Shown: piece after piece, positions 4,539 through 6,755 of the stretch
How the letters are laid out: each line of letters opens with the position of its first letter
Numbering within the stretch: the stretch's first letter is position 1
NCBI GenBank assembly: GCA_964565725.1
Contig: CAZMGA010000008.1
Coordinates: forward strand, 1,686 to 8,440
Source of the DNA: an uncultured archaeon
Lineage (GTDB): Archaea; Iainarchaeota; Iainarchaeia; Iainarchaeales; 0-14-0-20-30-16
DNA: 6,755 nucleotides
Direction: 5' to 3'
Made by a program: the position numbers and the translations under genes
The notes under the pieces: model-generated
What the model saw: only the letters and a program-made list of their open reading frames with translations
Databases searched by the model: none
Told to the model about the DNA's origin: nothing

Positions 4539-5607
4539 TTATTAAATATAAAGCAATTATTAATAAAATAATTCCACTAATTAAATGTAAAGTTTTAATA
4601 TTATTTTCTCTTAATCTTTGTAAAGTTTCTAATTTCACAAAACCAAAATAAATTACAAACACTATTATTAACATTGGTAATATAAAGATTAAATTATAAA
4701 ATAATAACCATAATATAATTTTATTTATTGTTAAATTATGTAATAAACCTGAAACTAAAACATAAGGTCCAGCAGTACAAGGTGTTAAAAAAAATGCAAC
4801 TATAAAAGCAATTAAAATCACAGACCATATACTTGTAGCGCTTTCTATAATCTTTTTCATTAATGGTCGCCAACTTCTAGGCACTTCCATTACAAAATTT
4901 CCAGCACCATAAAAAATAGCATCTTTTAAATTAAATAATGCTAAAATTAAAGCTAATATACCTATTATTAAATAAATTATATTAGTGCTTATGAAATTAT
5001 TAATAAATTTCATACCAAAAATTAAAGCTAAACCTAAACCTAAATAAACTACAAATATAGTAATTATAAAAGCTAAACCATGAGTAATAACTGCTTTTTT
5101 ATTTCCTTTAACTAAAATTGTAGCTAATAAAATCATTAAAACAGCAACTTCACAAGGATTTATAGAATCAGCTAAAGCTAAACCTAAAACAGTTAAAAAA
5201 TTAACTTCTTTTTCTTTATTTTTTTCACCATATAAAATACATTTATTTTCATTACAAACATTAATTTCATTTGTAATATTTTTTATAATAGTAGTATCTC
5301 CTTGATAAATTTTATTATTAATAATAACTGTTGGAACCCCATAACTGTTTGAATTAAAATCTTGAATTACTTTGACAAATAGTTCTACATTTTCTTTATT
5401 ATCTAAATTTACTTTAATTACATTAAAATCATAATCATTTTCAATAGATTTTAAAAATTCTTCAACATTATGACAATGAGGGCAAGAAGTACTATAAAAA
5501 AAATAAAAAGGAGCTTTATAGTTAGTATTAAGATTTTCAGCATAGCCCATATTTAATAAATTTATAGCTATAAAAAATCCAAATAATAACAAAAAAAACT
5601 TATTCAT
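4522..5607 (-). CDS. Exported thioredoxin-fold domain (CPHC active site) fused to a 6-TM CcdA/DsbD-type thiol-disulfide electron-transfer membrane core
   Basis: ORF track, 361 aa. The signal peptide is MNKFFLLLFGFFIAINLLNMGYA/EN. The thioredoxin/glutaredoxin-like segment FYFFYSTSCPHCHNVEEFL holds C42-P-H-C45 (nt 5484-5473), with the cis-Pro motif GVPTVII. The linker has CNENKC. Six hydrophobic helices follow, with the two hallmark CcdA/DsbD cysteines in Pro-Cys context: DSINPCEVAV (C152) and FFLTPCTAGPY (C277). The start ATG 5607 lies 8 nt after the panE stop (TAAGGGATAATATG). Confidence 0.8.
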   Translation of the reverse strand: MNKFFLLLFGFFIAINLLNMGYAENLNTNYKAPFYFFYSTSCPHCHNVEEFLKSIENDYDFNVIKVNLDNKENVELFVKVIQDFNSNSYGVPTVIINNKIYQGDTTIIKNITNEINVCNENKCILYGEKNKEKEVNFLTVLGLALADSINPCEVAVLMILLATILVKGNKKAVITHGLAFIITIFVVYLGLGLALIFGMKFINNFISTNIIYLIIGILALILALFNLKDAIFYGAGNFVMEVPRSWRPLMKKIIESATSIWSVILIAFIVAFFLTPCTAGPYVLVSGLLHNLTINKIILWLLFYNLIFILPMLIIVFVIYFGFVKLETLQRLRENNIKTLHLISGIILLIIALYLIITALI

Positions 5608-5615
5608 ATTATCCC

Positions 5616-6506
5616 TTAATATAATTCAAGATATTTTTCTTTAAATCTTTTTACTAATTCTGTATTATAAGGTGTAGGTATATTCATTTTTCTACCTAAT
5701 TCTATAATAAAACCATTTAAAAAATAAATTTCGGTTCTTTTATTTTGTTTTACATCTTGATAAGTACTAGAATAATGATCCATTGATTTTAAAGCCAAAA
5801 ATGAATTCCATAATGATCTTTTTGAGTGCATAGGTATAATTTCAGATAACAAATCATATGTTTCATCAAACAAATTTTGCATTGTTTTTAATATTTCTTT
5901 ATCTTTAAATAATTCATTAAAAGGTTTTTGTTCTATAGCACAAATAGCATTTAATGCACAATTATATACTGTTTTTTCTGCTCTTTTAATATCAATATCG
6001 TCAGTTAATTGAGCATTAATATCACTAGATTTTAATAAATTATAAACATCTTTACTTAATACATCTTCATCCAAAAACCAACCTGATGCTTTAGATAAAT
6101 GTAATTTATTACCTTCTAAATTAAATCCTTCTATTACCGAAACTACTACAAATGGTGTATTTCTTATTATGTTTATATACCAACTATTATCAATATAAGT
6201 ATTTTGAATTAAAACTATTAAATCAACTTTAACACCAGAATTAGAAATTAATTCTAAATTTTTTTTTAAATCATAATATTTTGAAGTAACAAATACATAA
6301 TCATATTTTTTATTATAATCAATTTCGTCATATACTTTTGGAAAATTATATTTTTCACCATCAATATATAAAGTATTACCTATATTTTTAGCTTTACTTC
6401 TTCCAATTACATCTACATCGTGGCCTTTAGCAAATAATTTTGCAGCCAAATAAGAACCAATTGATCCTGCTCCATAAACTAAAATACTCTTTTTTTGACC
6501 TATCAT
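5616..6506 (-). CDS. panE: 2-dehydropantoate 2-reductase (ketopantoate reductase, ApbA/PanE family)
   Basis: The ORF track gives 5616..6545. I prefer ATG 6506 (MIGQKKSILVYGAGSIGS...), which puts the Rossmann GxGxxG at the very N-terminus as usual for this family. That ATG is preceded by GTGAT (6515-6511) with a 4-nt spacer. Family motifs: ILVYGAGSIGSYLAAKLFAKGHDVDVIGR; AEKTVYNCALNAICAI (the K/N motif of the ApbA C-domain); SSTYQDVKQNKRTEIYFLNGFIIELGRKMNIPTPYNTEL (the S..QD...gr.TEid.lnG motif). Confidence 0.8.
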   Translation of the reverse strand: MIGQKKSILVYGAGSIGSYLAAKLFAKGHDVDVIGRSKAKNIGNTLYIDGEKYNFPKVYDEIDYNKKYDYVFVTSKYYDLKKNLELISNSGVKVDLIVLIQNTYIDNSWYINIIRNTPFVVVSVIEGFNLEGNKLHLSKASGWFLDEDVLSKDVYNLLKSSDINAQLTDDIDIKRAEKTVYNCALNAICAIEQKPFNELFKDKEILKTMQNLFDETYDLLSEIIPMHSKRSLWNSFLALKSMDHYSSTYQDVKQNKRTEIYFLNGFIIELGRKMNIPTPYNTELVKRFKEKYLELY

Positions 6507-6510
6507 ATTT

Positions 6511-6515
6511 ATCAC
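6511..6515 (-). promoter_or_regulatory. SD-like GTGAT for panE
   Basis: The minus strand reads GTGAT-aaat-ATG(6506). Confidence 0.4.
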
Positions 6516-6549
6516 ATATAAACAATTAGAATAAAATAACATCAAAAAG

Positions 6550-6557
6550 TATATAAA
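6550..6557 (-). promoter_or_regulatory. Consensus archaeal TATA box (TTTATATA on the minus strand) upstream of panE
   Basis: The reverse complement of 6550-6557 is TTTATATA, 44-51 nt upstream of ATG 6506. This predicts a short leader carrying the GTGAT SD. It lies in the 57-nt gap after the upstream gene's stop (6566-6564). Confidence 0.35.
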
Positions 6558-6563
6558 TAGTTT

Positions 6564-6755
6564 TTATTGCTTAGTACAATTACTTAATGTATTCTCTACC
6601 AAATCACAAATACAATTTATTTCTTCGTTAGATAAAGGATTATTAATACTTATAGGAGTAGTAAACAAATAATTTATAGGTTGATGTCCAAAATTATTTA
6701 TAATATCATTATCAGTAATAATTATATCTAAGTTTAATAAAGTTATTTTTTCTTT
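6564..6755 (-). CDS. 3' end (last 63 codons) of an unidentified protein-coding gene entering from the right edge
   Basis: This is the only open minus-strand frame from the edge: KEKITLLNLDIIITDNDIINNFGHQPINYLFTTPISINNPLSNEEINCICDLVENTLSNCTKQ, then TAA (6566-6564). The other two minus frames hit stops within 14 codons. The ending (hydrophobic strand, then a ..PLSxEEI.. helix) is reminiscent of the C-termini of several PLP-dependent enzyme families. That is too weak to support a call. Confidence 0.5.
   Translation of the reverse strand, partial: KEKITLLNLDIIITDNDIINNFGHQPINYLFTTPISINNPLSNEEINCICDLVENTLSNCTKQ

Noticed and set aside
6507-6545. Longer panE start (ATG 6545/6542, MMLFYSNCLYVIN extension)
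   Set aside because: The extension precedes the Rossmann motif unusually. It contains the GTGAT SD in frame and would start ~5 nt from the TATA box. ATG 6506 fits better, though the longer start is not fully excluded.
1-6755. Search for tRNA/rRNA/ncRNA, CRISPR repeats, IS or integrase genes, long direct or inverted repeats, and stop-codon recoding
   Set aside because: There are no GC-rich structured islands of the kind that stable RNAs form in AT-rich genomes, no spaced repeats and no transposase-like ORFs. Noncoding gaps are at most 62 nt. All CDSs are uninterrupted under the standard code, with TGA and TAA both used as stops.
6564-6755. Assigning the right-edge partial ORF to a PLP-dependent aminotransferase or DegT-like family
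   Set aside because: Only 63 C-terminal residues are visible. The ..PLSNEEI.. ending is shared by many unrelated families, so no diagnostic motif is in view.

Overview
Very AT-rich (by eye about three quarters A+T), almost fully coding segment that reads as archaeal chromosome. Support: GatD, an archaeal-type RNase HII core, a DUF357-like protein, TTTATATA-type TATA boxes, and (G)GTGAT Shine-Dalgarno motifs complementary to the 16S 3' end. There are three transcription units. (i) The 5' part of gatD on the minus strand, running off the left edge; it is absent from the ORF track because it is truncated and starts at TTG. (ii) A plus-strand four-gene operon at 655-4538 with touching or overlapping gene boundaries. 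It encodes a DUF357-like protein, then a ~768-aa membrane-anchored Lon-type serine protease without an ATPase module (large helical ectodomain, one TM helix, ~150-aa cytoplasmic coiled-coil tail). Next come a ~195-aa uncharacterised protein with an acidic linker and probable winged-helix C-terminus, and an atypical RNase H (RNase HIII-like N-terminal domain, HII-type DEDD core, no C-terminal domain). (iii) A minus-strand unit entering from the right edge: the 3' end of an unidentified gene, a panE-like ketopantoate reductase, and an exported CPHC thioredoxin-fold domain fused to a 6-TM CcdA/DsbD core. I saw no rRNA, tRNA, CRISPR array, transposase, integrase or long DNA repeat. The best candidate for something undescribed is operon (ii), especially the protease / winged-helix protein / RNase H trio. 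The sequence alone cannot show that these genes form one functional system rather than co-transcribed housekeeping genes. All homology statements are by-eye motif recognition, not database searches.
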